Part shown: piece after piece, positions 26,683 through 27,151 of the stretch
How positions within the stretch are numbered: position 1 is the stretch's first letter
How the letters are laid out: every line of letters starts with the position of its first letter
The notes under the pieces: generated by a model
Told to the model about the DNA's origin: nothing
The model's input: only the letters and a program-made list of their open reading frames with translations
The model's database searches: none
Translations under genes and position numbers: made by a program
Virus record (IMG/VR): IMGVR_UViG_3300020042_008659
Coordinates: 1-27,151 of that record
Source of the DNA: a virus
Taxonomy: Duplodnaviria > Caudoviricetes
Reading direction: 5' to 3' (one strand)
DNA length: 27,151 nt

Positions 26683-27151
26683 ATGAAAAACGAAATTACA
26701 ACAGTAGAAAATGTAAGTGAAAAAATATTAGTTGAATACTTAGATGTTATGGGTATTAGCCCAAAATTAGAAGAAAAAGAGAAAATTCAATTTCTTAATA
26801 TTGCTAAAACATTCGGGTTAAATCCTTTTAAACGTGAAATATTTTGTACAGTTTACGGGGAGGGGCAGTACAAGCAATTATCCATCATCACTGGCTATGA
26901 AGTCTATATTAAAAGAGCTGAAAGAAGCGGACAGTTAGATGGATGGAACGCCACCACATCGGGCAGTGTAGCTACAAACGACTTAAAAGCAACGGTTACT
27001 ATTTACAGAAAAGATCGCCAGCACCCTTTTGTTTGGGAGGTTTTTTATGATGAATGCGTTCAAAAAACAAAGACTGGAGTTGTTACTAAATTCTGGGAAA
27101 AAGCTAATTTTATGACAAAAAAAGTTTGCATTTCTCAGGCTTTTAGATTGT
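26683..27151 (+). CDS. bet: single-strand annealing recombinase Bet/RecT family (runs off the window)
   Basis: Manual translation: FGLNPFKREIF, IITGYEVYIKRAERSGQLDGW, FWEKANFMTKKVCISQAFRL. Confidence 0.88.
   Translation, partial: MKNEITTVENVSEKILVEYLDVMGISPKLEEKEKIQFLNIAKTFGLNPFKREIFCTVYGEGQYKQLSIITGYEVYIKRAERSGQLDGWNATTSGSVATNDLKATVTIYRKDRQHPFVWEVFYDECVQKTKTGVVTKFWEKANFMTKKVCISQAFRL

Noticed and set aside
1-27151. Integrase, att sites, tRNA, alternative genetic code
   Set aside because: None recognised; long genes are intact under the standard code; lifestyle cannot be determined from this window

Overview
AT-rich, gene-dense segment of a tailed (siphovirus-like) phage or prophage, most likely infecting Bacteroidota/Flavobacteriaceae. 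The host inference rests on repeated TAnnTTTG -7 promoter elements, A-rich translation starts without Shine-Dalgarno motifs, and one Bacteroidota-style signal peptide. Gene order: small accessory ORFs (1-1028); terminase small and large subunits; HK97-type portal, prohead protease and major capsid; head-tail and tail genes including tape measure; a promoter-bracketed 4-gene structural insert; tail-collar protein and an Asp-box (sialidase-like) fibre; lysis cluster with an M15 peptidase endolysin; a short minus-strand island; then early genes ending in a truncated Bet/RecT recombinase. No integrase, tRNA, rRNA or CRISPR array was seen. The most unusual structure is the island at 24455-25117: two ~240 bp single-gene units, each bounded by its own GTT.../...AAC inverted core, separated by a 137 bp attC-like imperfect palindrome. 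This resembles an integron-style gene-cassette array inside a phage. Other candidates: a promoter-to-terminator sRNA complementary to a translation-start region (about 1060-1139), GUGA-tetraloop leaders at two structural promoters, and a signal-peptide-bearing tail-collar protein. All product calls come from motif recognition and synteny by eye; no database search or folding program was run.
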